Below, in pieces: positions 1 to 6,082 of a stretch of 56,790 nt of DNA. Numbering within the stretch: position 1 is the stretch's first letter; each line of letters starts with the position of its first letter. The DNA is taken from positions 1 to 56,790 of IMG/VR virus record IMGVR_UViG_3300021400_000048, one strand, 5' to 3'. The position numbers and the translations under genes are program-made. Source of the stretch: a virus (lineage: Duplodnaviria > Heunggongvirae > Uroviricota > Caudoviricetes). A model generated the notes under the pieces. That model saw only the letters and a program-made list of their open reading frames with translations, was not told the origin of the DNA and searched no databases.

Positions 1-233
1 TCATCTAACGATAATGTTGATGGATAATCTTCAACCTGCTTCACTTCCCTCTTCGAGACGCACTGTTAAAGTAATCGAAGTCTTTGATTACACATCTACG
101 GAATACGTTCTCACGCAACCGCATCTATAATAATAGTATAGACTAATTTTACTTGCAACCTATTATTTAGTCATTTCCTCTATTACCACAGCTTCCCAAG
201 AATATTTTTATTCAATTTAGACCGTGTTTTGGT

Positions 234-318
234 TGGTTGCGGAGGTCAGGAGTCGAACCTGCTATCTCAAGGTTATGAGCCTTGAATGGTTTATAGATAT
301 CCGTGCCACTCCTCCGCA
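234..318 (-). tRNA. tRNA-Met(CAT), fMet-like 3' end, enlarged D region
   Basis: CAAGG-CTCATAA-CCTTG anticodon arm, TTCGACT T-loop, TGCGGAG/CTCCGCA acceptor, encoded CCA. Confidence 0.8.
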
Positions 319-329
319 ATATTAATAGA

Positions 330-417
330 AGTTCCAGCCTGACCCTACCAAGCCCCTCATATTTTTGAGTCTATAGCCTCTAAATATGCATGCCACAACT
401 TCCAGCACCTTGGAACT
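330..417 (-). ncRNA. Candidate small structured RNA
   Basis: Terminal stem AGTTCCA/TGGAACT, inner stem CATATTT/AAATATG, starts directly after a TTGTATAAT promoter (421-435). Confidence 0.4.
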
Positions 418-420
418 ATT

Positions 421-435
421 ATATTATACAATAAA
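421..435 (-). promoter_or_regulatory. Sigma70-like extended -10 promoter motif (TATTGTATAATAwwAT), repeated through the window
   Basis: Further copies at about 4551, 7601, 11001, 11157, 13021, 18741, 23296, 27760, 30997, 32001, 35670, 43167, 45961, 46055 (minus) and 46111 (plus, before the topoisomerase B gene), each at an operon start. Confidence 0.75.
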
Positions 436-708
436 AATTTTAAAATTATTTGAAAGTTTTTTGACTACAGGATAACTTGCAACCCGCCCACCATCCAGTG
501 CGATTTATTATATTCTCACTTATGAATACACTTTGCACAAACATTTGAAGGAAAATTTTTCCAAATAAATCGCAGTAGGCTTCCCTGTCACAGTAAACCT
601 CTTAATAGCCTGATCTTGAATTTATATAGCGAAACGCAGGGTTTTTTCGCTGGCCAGATTTTCTCAATTATGGATAGTTAGAAAATCTCGACCATATATT
701 AAATATAC

Positions 709-783
709 TGGTCCTCCCAGATTGAATTGAACAATCACTCTTGCCCTTATAAGGAGCCTGCTTTACCATTAAGCTACAGGAGG
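709..783 (-). tRNA. tRNA-Ile(TAT)
   Basis: Cloverleaf, loop CT-TAT-AA, CCA. Confidence 0.8.
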
Positions 784-785
784 AT

Positions 786-859
786 TGGTGGAGACAGCTG
801 GAATCGAACCAACATAGTTAGATGGTACCACTTCCTAACCTTTACCAAAATTCGTCCCC
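786..859 (-). ncRNA. tRNA-like RNA, reduced D-arm, 13-nt anticodon loop
   Basis: GGGGACG/TGTCTCC acceptor, TTCGATT T-loop, CCA; GTTAG-GAAGTGGTACCAT-CTAAC. Confidence 0.55.
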
Positions 860-863
860 ATAT

Positions 864-940
864 TGGTAGAAGCGGAAAGACTTGAACTTTCAACCTCTCG
901 GTTATCGGCCGAGTGCGCTAACCAGTTGTGCCACGCTTCC
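864..940 (-). tRNA. tRNA-Ile(GAT)
   Basis: Cloverleaf, loop CC-GAT-AA, CCA. Confidence 0.9.
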
Positions 941-1207
941 AGAGACCTCAGGCCCGAATGACACTGAAGTATGATCCTGCAGATTTAGCCTCATCTGCAA
1001 AAGCCTCAGTTCTTCTCAAACCTGAACACTGATAAAACGGTTGTATCGCTTAGTATGCCAAGTGCATCTGTCGATCAATTAACCAATATTTGATCCAAAC
1101 TAAGCTAGTCTGTTAGTCTCTTAACCACCCGGCACAGACAACTGGTAGCATTTCGTTTGCTCACGCCTATCTTTTTTGGTTAGAGGCATAAGAATTAGTC
1201 CTCTTAA

Positions 1208-1286
1208 TGGTGGATCCAAAGAGAATTGAACTCTTCTGATTTCCGCATTGCAGGTGCGGCGACCACCCCATGCAGTCCCTGAACCC
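1208..1286 (-). tRNA. tRNA-Ala(TGC)
   Basis: CCGCA-CCTGCAA-TGCGG, CCA. Confidence 0.85.
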
Positions 1287-1289
1287 AAA

Positions 1290-1510
1290 TTATAAATAGG
1301 GTTGCTTAAGGTGAACCCTCTAACGCCTCGTTTATGGCGACACAACCTATTAACCGAATACACCGTTTCCAGCCGTTTAATAGGACAAAATATTTTGACT
1401 TTTTAAAAATAGTACATACGATATTATAACCTTGCAGGCACAACCCTGCTAGCAAGACTTTCTCCTGGAGTTCCCCGGCTTTCTTAATCTTATTTTTGGG
1501 CATTTCAGCT
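1290..1510 (-). ncRNA. Candidate structured RNA
   Basis: Relatively GC-rich intergenic block with nested helices (CTTGC-TAGCAGG-GTTGTG-CCTGC-AAG). Confidence 0.3.
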
Positions 1511-1618
1511 TATTCAATATATTAAGTAGTCCACTTACTATTAATAATTATTCTTTTTAAAGTCGACATCCAAAGAAATTATTAATAACACTCAATTCAG
1601 TACCAGGTGGTGGAACAT

Positions 1619-1694
1619 TGGCGTGCTTAGAAAGATTCGAACTCTCGTCTGTTGGTTCGTAGCCAACTAGTTTCTCCAATTAGCCTATAAGCAC
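1619..1694 (-). tRNA. tRNA-Arg(ACG)
   Basis: GTTGG-CTACGAA-CCAAC, CCA. Confidence 0.9.
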
Positions 1695-1699
1695 AAAAT

Positions 1700-1875
1700 A
1701 ATCAGGTCTTTGGTGACTCTGCGAATTTCCACACCTAGTATGTTATCCAATTCCCTAACGCTATACTCGGGTTATCGACCTGAAGCTCCTTCGCTCTCTT
1801 TGTAGTTTATTCGAACACTATAACGATATCGATTTTATTTATTGTCTGAACAGCACGACTGTCTTTCTTTTTCGA
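1700..1875 (-). ncRNA. Candidate structured RNA
   Basis: CAGGTC/GACCTG closing stem, GGTG/CACC inner stem, AGACAG..GTCT-type hairpin, no ORF. Confidence 0.35.
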
Positions 1876-1899
1876 TAAATAGACATTTAATCCATATTA

Positions 1900-2115
1900 T
1901 TATAGCCTATCAGCAATAACTGCTAATATTACACCAATGATAATTAATAAAAGGCCTAAACCAATACTAAAAATTATTGGACTTAATACCCAAAACCAAT
2001 TCCAGTCAATAACTCCACATAATTTTAATACTACAAAAACAATTGTTAATATAGAGCCTAGTCCAAGACCTCCACTTCTTACTACTTTTGTTTCTTGTTT
2101 TGGTTCATTATACAT
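1900..2115 (-). CDS. Small two-TM membrane protein (holin-like possible)
   Basis: 71 aa, two hydrophobic segments, SD AAAGGA. Confidence 0.7.
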   Translation of the reverse strand: MYNEPKQETKVVRSGGLGLGSILTIVFVVLKLCGVIDWNWFWVLSPIIFSIGLGLLLIIIGVILAVIADRL

Positions 2116-2137
2116 ATTAATTTTTCCTTTCTTTTAA

Positions 2138-2223
2138 TGGTGGGCAGAGAAGGAGTTGCACCTCCGTTGTTTCTATGTGAGGGATTTACAGTCCCTTGCC
2201 CTCGCTGCTAGGCATACCTGCCC
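2138..2223 (-). tRNA. tRNA-Tyr(GTA)
   Basis: AGGGA-CTGTAAA-TCCCT, long variable arm, CCA. Confidence 0.9.
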
Positions 2224-2227
2224 AATT

Positions 2228-2302
2228 TGGAGCAAGTGGACGGGATCGAACCGACACTCCCAGCTTGGAGGGCTGGAGCACTAACCATTATACTACACCT
2301 GC
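2228..2302 (-). tRNA. tRNA-Gly(TCC)
   Basis: CCAGC-CCTCCAA-GCTGG, U73, CCA. Confidence 0.9.
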
Positions 2303-2310
2303 AAATATTT

Positions 2311-2375
2311 GGCCTAACTAATATGAATTTCTTAGCAGGAAAATGCCTTACGGCTAGAAATAAGTATAGGCTCTA
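2311..2375 (-). repeat. Bracket element C (short insert containing TCCTGCTA)
   Basis: TAGA-GCCTA-T-AC-TTATTTCT ... TCATATTA-GT-TAGGC-C. Confidence 0.8.
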
Positions 2376-2392
2376 TTTTATTTTTAATTTAA

Positions 2393-2505
2393 GGCTGAAC
2401 TTTTATTTTGGCGAGAATAGGATTTGAACCTATAACCTCTGGACTAGAATTCCAGTGCTCTACCAATTGAGCTATCCTGCTAAAAAGAAATAAGTATCAG
2501 CTCTA
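2393..2505 (-). tRNA. Bracket element B enclosing an atypical tRNA(TCT) (2409-2481) with shortened acceptor 3' strand
   Basis: TAGA-GCTGA-T-AC-TTATTTCT-TTTT|AGCAGGA...CTGGA-ATTCTAG-TCCAG...CCTAT-TCTCG-CCA|AAATAAAA-GT-TCAGC-C. Confidence 0.7.
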
Positions 2506-2523
2506 TTTTTATTTTTAATTTTT

Positions 2524-2642
2524 GGCTCAGCTAACATTACGGTGCTCTACCTCTGAGCTATATCCTAGGCACTGCTAGAATAGCAAGATTTGAACTTGCG
2601 ACCACCGGCTTACAAGGCAAATAGAAATAAGCATGAGCTCTA
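2524..2642 (-). tRNA. Circularly permuted tRNA-Thr(TGT) in bracket A (3' half 2576-2618, 5' half 2540-2567)
   Basis: Rejoined at 29/30 it gives a full cloverleaf: acceptor TAGGATA/TATTCTA, anticodon stem CCG|GC/GCCGG, loop CTTGTAA, T-arm GCAAG-TTCAAAT-CTTGC; 8-nt linker. Confidence 0.9.
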
Positions 2643-2644
2643 TC

Positions 2645-2736
2645 TGGCGGAGAGTGTAGGATTCGAACCTACGGTCCCCCTTACGGAGGACGACAGTTTA
2701 GCAAACTGCTGGGTTAAGCCACTCCCCCAACTCTCC
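2645..2736 (-). tRNA. tRNA-Ser(GCT)
   Basis: Loop TT-GCT-AA, long variable arm, G73, CCA. Confidence 0.9.
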
Positions 2737-2743
2737 GTATAAA

Positions 2744-2820
2744 TGGTGACCCCAGCGGGATTCGAACCCACAATCTCAGCTGTGAAGGAGCCGTGACTTA
2801 ACCAATTCGTCTATGAGGCC
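2744..2820 (-). tRNA. tRNA-Glu(TTC)
   Basis: CGGCT-CCTTCAC-AGCTG, CCA. Confidence 0.85.
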
Positions 2821-2825
2821 ATATA

Positions 2826-2903
2826 TGGCGGCCCAACTAGGACTTGAACCTAGGACCTACGGTTTAACAGACCGTTGCTACTAACCAACTGAGCTACTGG
2901 GCC
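2826..2903 (-). tRNA. tRNA-Asn(GTT)
   Basis: ACGGT-CTGTTAA-ACCGT, G73, CCA. Confidence 0.9.
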
Positions 2904-2912
2904 ATTAGCTCG

Positions 2913-4088
2913 CTATTCACAAGCTTTGAAGTTGTAAATAGGAGTTATTATATTAATTATTTCAATAGTATCACTGACTTTATCAATGATTTCTTGAGCA
3001 TTTTTATATACCATTGGTGCTTCATCAATAGTATCTTGGTCTGCAGTTGTAGTATAAATACCTTGCATTGCATTTTGGAAATCTTCTAATTGTAAATTTG
3101 CTCTTGCTTCACTTCTTGACATAATGCGTCCAGCACCATGTGGAGCAGAATAATTCCAATCTTCATTTCCTTTTCCAATACCAATTATACTACCATCTCG
3201 CATATTTAAAGGTATAATTAATTTTTGTCCTTTATAGGCAGAAATTGCACCTTTACGAACTATATTATCATCACCAATATAATTATGAATAGATTCAAAA
3301 ATATTAATTGGTCTTATATTTAAGAATTTTAATATTTTTTCTAACATTAATCTTCTATTTTCTTTTGCAAAAACTTGACAAATTCTCATATCATGAAGAT
3401 ATTGTTCTCTTAATTCACCTTCTAAAAAACATAAATCTTTTGGAATTGAATAATCTTCAAATTGCTTATGTAAATCTTTTAATGCATCAGAAATTTCTGC
3501 TTGGCGACCTTGTGCTTTTAATTTAGCAATTAGCTCAACACTTTTTTCCTTAAAGAAATCATTATGACACATTTTAACTGCTTTATCTTGATAAATATCA
3601 GCAACTTGCTTTCCTAAATTTCTTGAGCCTGAATGAATTACTAAATATTTATTATCATCAGCATCTTTATCAATTTCAATAAAATGGTTTCCGCCGCCTA
3701 ATGAACAAATACTTAATGCTAAATAATCTTTATTTCTTAATTCATTATAGCAATATAATTTAGTAATGTCAAAATCTTCAACAATATAATCATTTGCATT
3801 CATTCCGCTTGGAATTTTTGTTTTGATAAAATTATCAACAGCTTCTAAATTAATATCAACTTTACCAAGTTCTGCAACAATTACACCGCAACCAATATCT
3901 ACACCAACAATATTTGGAATTACTTTATCACCTAAGTTCGCAGTAAAACCAATTACACATCCTGCACCAGCATGAACATCTGGCATAATTCTTACCTTAG
4001 CATTTCTAAATGGCGCAAGATTTAATAAAGTATAAATTTGATTTGTTGCTTTTGGATCAATATTTTCTGTGAATATTTTTAAATTCAT
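2913..4088 (-). CDS. rtcB: RtcB family RNA ligase
   Basis: MPDVHAG, GVDIGCG, SLGGGNHFIE, IHSGSR, HNYI, SAPHGAGR, DEAPMVYK motifs; ATG at 4088 after AGGTG (ORF track starts at 4097). Confidence 0.95.
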   Translation of the reverse strand: MNLKIFTENIDPKATNQIYTLLNLAPFRNAKVRIMPDVHAGAGCVIGFTANLGDKVIPNIVGVDIGCGVIVAELGKVDINLEAVDNFIKTKIPSGMNANDYIVEDFDITKLYCYNELRNKDYLALSICSLGGGNHFIEIDKDADDNKYLVIHSGSRNLGKQVADIYQDKAVKMCHNDFFKEKSVELIAKLKAQGRQAEISDALKDLHKQFEDYSIPKDLCFLEGELREQYLHDMRICQVFAKENRRLMLEKILKFLNIRPINIFESIHNYIGDDNIVRKGAISAYKGQKLIIPLNMRDGSIIGIGKGNEDWNYSAPHGAGRIMSRSEARANLQLEDFQNAMQGIYTTTADQDTIDEAPMVYKNAQEIIDKVSDTIEIINIITPIYNFKACE

Positions 4089-4106
4089 TCTAATCACCTA
4101 ATTTCT

Positions 4107-4287
4107 GACATGACTAATATAACGCCGGCTTTACCAATTTGCCTATTTCCCCAAATTGGCCGAACTTCTTATAAAATAACCCAAATATTTGTAAAAAGAA
4201 ATAAGTATCGGCTCTATCTGGTGGGGAAAGCTGGAATCGAACCAGCATACAGCGGCTCCCAAAGCAAAGAAATAAGTACAGGTTCTA
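4107..4287 (-). tRNA. Circularly permuted tRNA-Pro(TGG) (3' half 4219-4265, 5' half 4123-4152)
   Basis: Rejoined at 29/30: acceptor GGGGAAA/TTTCCCC, stem GCG|GC/GCCGC, loop TTTGGGA, T-arm GCTGG-TTCGATT-CCAGC, A73-CCA; outer bracket ACCTG-T-AC / GT-CATGT. Confidence 0.9.
4158..4216 (-). repeat. Bracket element D nested in the linker of the permuted tRNA-Pro
   Basis: TAGA-GCCGA-T-AC-TTATTTCT ... TATAAGAA-GT-TCGGC-C. Confidence 0.8.
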
Positions 4288-4291
4288 TTTT

Positions 4292-4365
4292 TGGCAGGCA
4301 CTGAAAGAATCGAACTCTCATCAGGTGTTTTGGAGACACTTATTCTACCGTTAAACTAAGCACCT
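4292..4365 (-). tRNA. tRNA-Trp(CCA)
   Basis: Loop CT-CCA-AA, G73, CCA. Confidence 0.85.
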
Positions 4366-4379
4366 ACTATACTATTATA

Positions 4380-4454
4380 TGGTCCCAGTTGCTTGACTCG
4401 AACAAGCATTGGTCGGGTATGAACCGACTTTCCTAGCCGTTAAAAGAAACTGGG
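4380..4454 (-). tRNA. tRNA(CAT), Met or Ile2
   Basis: GTCGG-TTCATAC-CCGAC, CCA. Confidence 0.8.
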
Positions 4455-4459
4455 ATAAA

Positions 4460-4534
4460 TGGTGCCGATTGACAGATTCGAACTGCCATTAGAAGTTTAC
4501 AAGACTACTGTACTAGCCATTATACGAAACCGGC
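4460..4534 (-). tRNA. tRNA-Thr(TGT), linear
   Basis: GCCGGTT/AATCGGC acceptor, loop CTTGTAA, one T-T mismatch in the anticodon stem. Confidence 0.85.
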
Positions 4535-4740
4535 AATGTTATTTACTACATTATATTATACAATAAAATATAGTAAATTTAGTAGAATTATTTTATTTCA
4601 TTTAAGTTTAAATTATAATCAATAAATAATTCTGCAACAGTGTTTAAAAAGCTTTTAACTCTTCTTAACATTTTATTATTTCCCTTCTAGGTTTTAACGT
4701 CTTTTATCTTGACAATTTTACTAGAAGAAGATGAAGCCAT

Positions 4741-4816
4741 TGGGGTGTCCTGCCAGAATTGAACTGACAACTTCAGGGCCACAACCTAACGTGATAACCA
4801 TTTCACCAAGAACGCC
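4741..4816 (-). tRNA. tRNA-His(GTG)
   Basis: Loop TT-GTG-GC, G-1/C73, CCA. Confidence 0.85.
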
Positions 4817-4824
4817 ATATATAT

Positions 4825-4898
4825 TGGAGCATCGAGTCAGGATCGAACTGACGGTCAGGGTGTTGCAGACCCTTGCCTTACCGCTTGGCTACCGATGC
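4825..4898 (-). tRNA. tRNA-Cys(GCA)
   Basis: AGGGT-CTGCAAC-ACCCT, U73, CCA. Confidence 0.9.
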
Positions 4899-4904
4899 AA
4901 GTAT

Positions 4905-4981
4905 TGGTACCTTACATAGGAGTAGAACCTATACTGTAATGGGTTTGAGCCATCTTTCTCTACCAGTTGGAATAGTAAGGC
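4905..4981 (-). tRNA. tRNA(CAA), nominal Leu, short variable arm
   Basis: GATGG-CTCAAAC-CCATT, CCA. Confidence 0.7.
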
Positions 4982-5010
4982 ATGTAAAGCTAAGTTTAAA
5001 AACTTAACTT

Positions 5011-5430
5011 TTAATTATTTTCTCTGGCAATCTTACTTACTAAAGCCATATCAACTTGTCCATTATAGTTTGTTTTGAAAAACTTCATAATAGATGGGAT
5101 TGACTTATCAGGCAAATCATTGATTAATTCTTTTATTTTATCTTCTGATAATTGTTTTGGTAAGTATTCTTTAATTAATTCTTTTTGTTTTGTTAATTCG
5201 TCAGCTTTTTCAATTCTATTTACTTTTACATTAGCCTCAATTTCTTCATCTAATTGTTTATTTAATTTTCTTATAATATTATAAACTTCAGAATCCCCTA
5301 ATGTATCTGTTCTTAATTCAATAGTTTTATTTTTTAAACTATTATAAAGTAAACCAAGAATATTCTTCGCTAATTCATTTTTTTCTTTTCTGGCATTGAT
5401 AAAATCTGTATAAATCTTATTATATAGCAT
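5011..5430 (-). CDS. GatB/YqeY domain protein
   Basis: 139 aa helical; ARKEKN, K..REIKEYLPKQLSED, GQVDMALVSK pattern of YqeY. Confidence 0.85.
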   Translation of the reverse strand: MLYNKIYTDFINARKEKNELAKNILGLLYNSLKNKTIELRTDTLGDSEVYNIIRKLNKQLDEEIEANVKVNRIEKADELTKQKELIKEYLPKQLSEDKIKELINDLPDKSIPSIMKFFKTNYNGQVDMALVSKIARENN

Positions 5431-5453
5431 ATTTATATTCCTTTCTTGTCTTT

Positions 5454-5538
5454 TGGAAGAGTGATTAGGATTTGCACCTAAACTTGCTGTGTCTGTAATT
5501 ACCCCTGGGAGCTATGCTACTAGTTACATTATCACTCT
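5454..5538 (-). ncRNA. tRNA-like RNA with expanded non-canonical anticodon arm
   Basis: AGAGTGA/TCACTCT acceptor, TTAGG-TGCAAAT-CCTAA, U73-CCA; GCT[22 nt]AGC in place of the anticodon arm. Confidence 0.55.
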
Positions 5539-5543
5539 ATTAA

Positions 5544-5620
5544 TGGTGCGCCCAGCAGGACTCGAACCTGCAAAATTCAGTTTCTAAGACTGGCACCTAT
5601 ACCAGTTCGGTTATGAGCGC
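5544..5620 (-). tRNA. tRNA(TAG), nominal Leu, short variable arm
   Basis: CCAGT-CTTAGAA-ACTGA, CCA. Confidence 0.8.
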
Positions 5621-5623
5621 ATA

Positions 5624-5700
5624 TGGTCAGGGTAGTAGGATTCGAACCTACAACTTCTAAGTTCCAGGCCTAGTGGTCTACCAAATTGACGTATACCCTG
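5624..5700 (-). tRNA. tRNA-Pro(TGG), linear
   Basis: C1-G72, A73, loop CC-TGG-AA. Confidence 0.85.
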
Positions 5701-5706
5701 ATTTAT

Positions 5707-5796
5707 TGGCGAAGAGTGTAGGATTTGAACCCACGGTGGCTTTCACCACGTCTGATTTCAAGTCAGGTGCAATAAACCAAACTCTGCCAACTCTCC
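5707..5796 (-). tRNA. tRNA-Ser(TGA)
   Basis: Loop CT-TGA-AA, long variable arm, G73. Confidence 0.9.
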
Positions 5797-5807
5797 AAAA
5801 TTATTCA

Positions 5808-5981
5808 CTAATTTAATTCTTTTTTAGTTTCTGATTTTTCTTTTTGTCTTAAGTGCTTTCTATGAAGTCTACCTTTAACAAAATCCTTATAGACTTTGCA
5901 ATGTCTTCTAACTCGTTTATTTTTTCTTTGACAAGTTAAATAATCACACCAACAACAACAATTAATTATTTCTTTCTTCAT
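5808..5981 (-). CDS. Small basic Cys-rich hypothetical protein (57 aa)
   Basis: SD AAGGA; MKKEIINCCCWCDYLTCQRKNKRVRRH... Confidence 0.45.
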   Translation of the reverse strand: MKKEIINCCCWCDYLTCQRKNKRVRRHCKVYKDFVKGRLHRKHLRQKEKSETKKELN

Positions 5982-5998
5982 AAATAATTCCTTTTTAA

Positions 5999-6074
5999 TG
6001 GCGGTCCCCCTTGGAATTGCACCAAGTTCTGCGGATTTTCAGTCCGCTGCATAGACTACCTCTGCCAGAGAACC
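5999..6074 (-). tRNA. tRNA-Phe(GAA)
   Basis: GCGGA-CTGAAAA-TCCGC, CCA. Confidence 0.85.
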
Positions 6075-6082
6075 ATATATTT

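Larger units (their letters stand above)
480..1190 (-). ncRNA. Candidate large ornate ncRNA (GOLLD-like) with embedded tRNAs
   Basis: Non-coding and helix-rich: 11-bp TGCGATTTATT/AATAAATCGCA, 9-bp AGATTTTCT/AGAAAATCT, AGCGAAA/TTTCGCT, TGCAGAT/ATCTGCA, GTCTGT/ACAGAC; three tRNA(-like) genes inside; family assignment unverified. Confidence 0.4.

Noticed and set aside
486-1125. Group I intron core from GAGACTA (about 1115) and TAGTC (about 487)
   Set aside because: P7 flanking pair does not match, and P3/P4/P6 could not be built; only short-word similarity
2744-2820. Reading the Glu tRNA loop (CTTCACA) as a second UCA suppressor
   Set aside because: The anticodon stem pairs only in the TTC register
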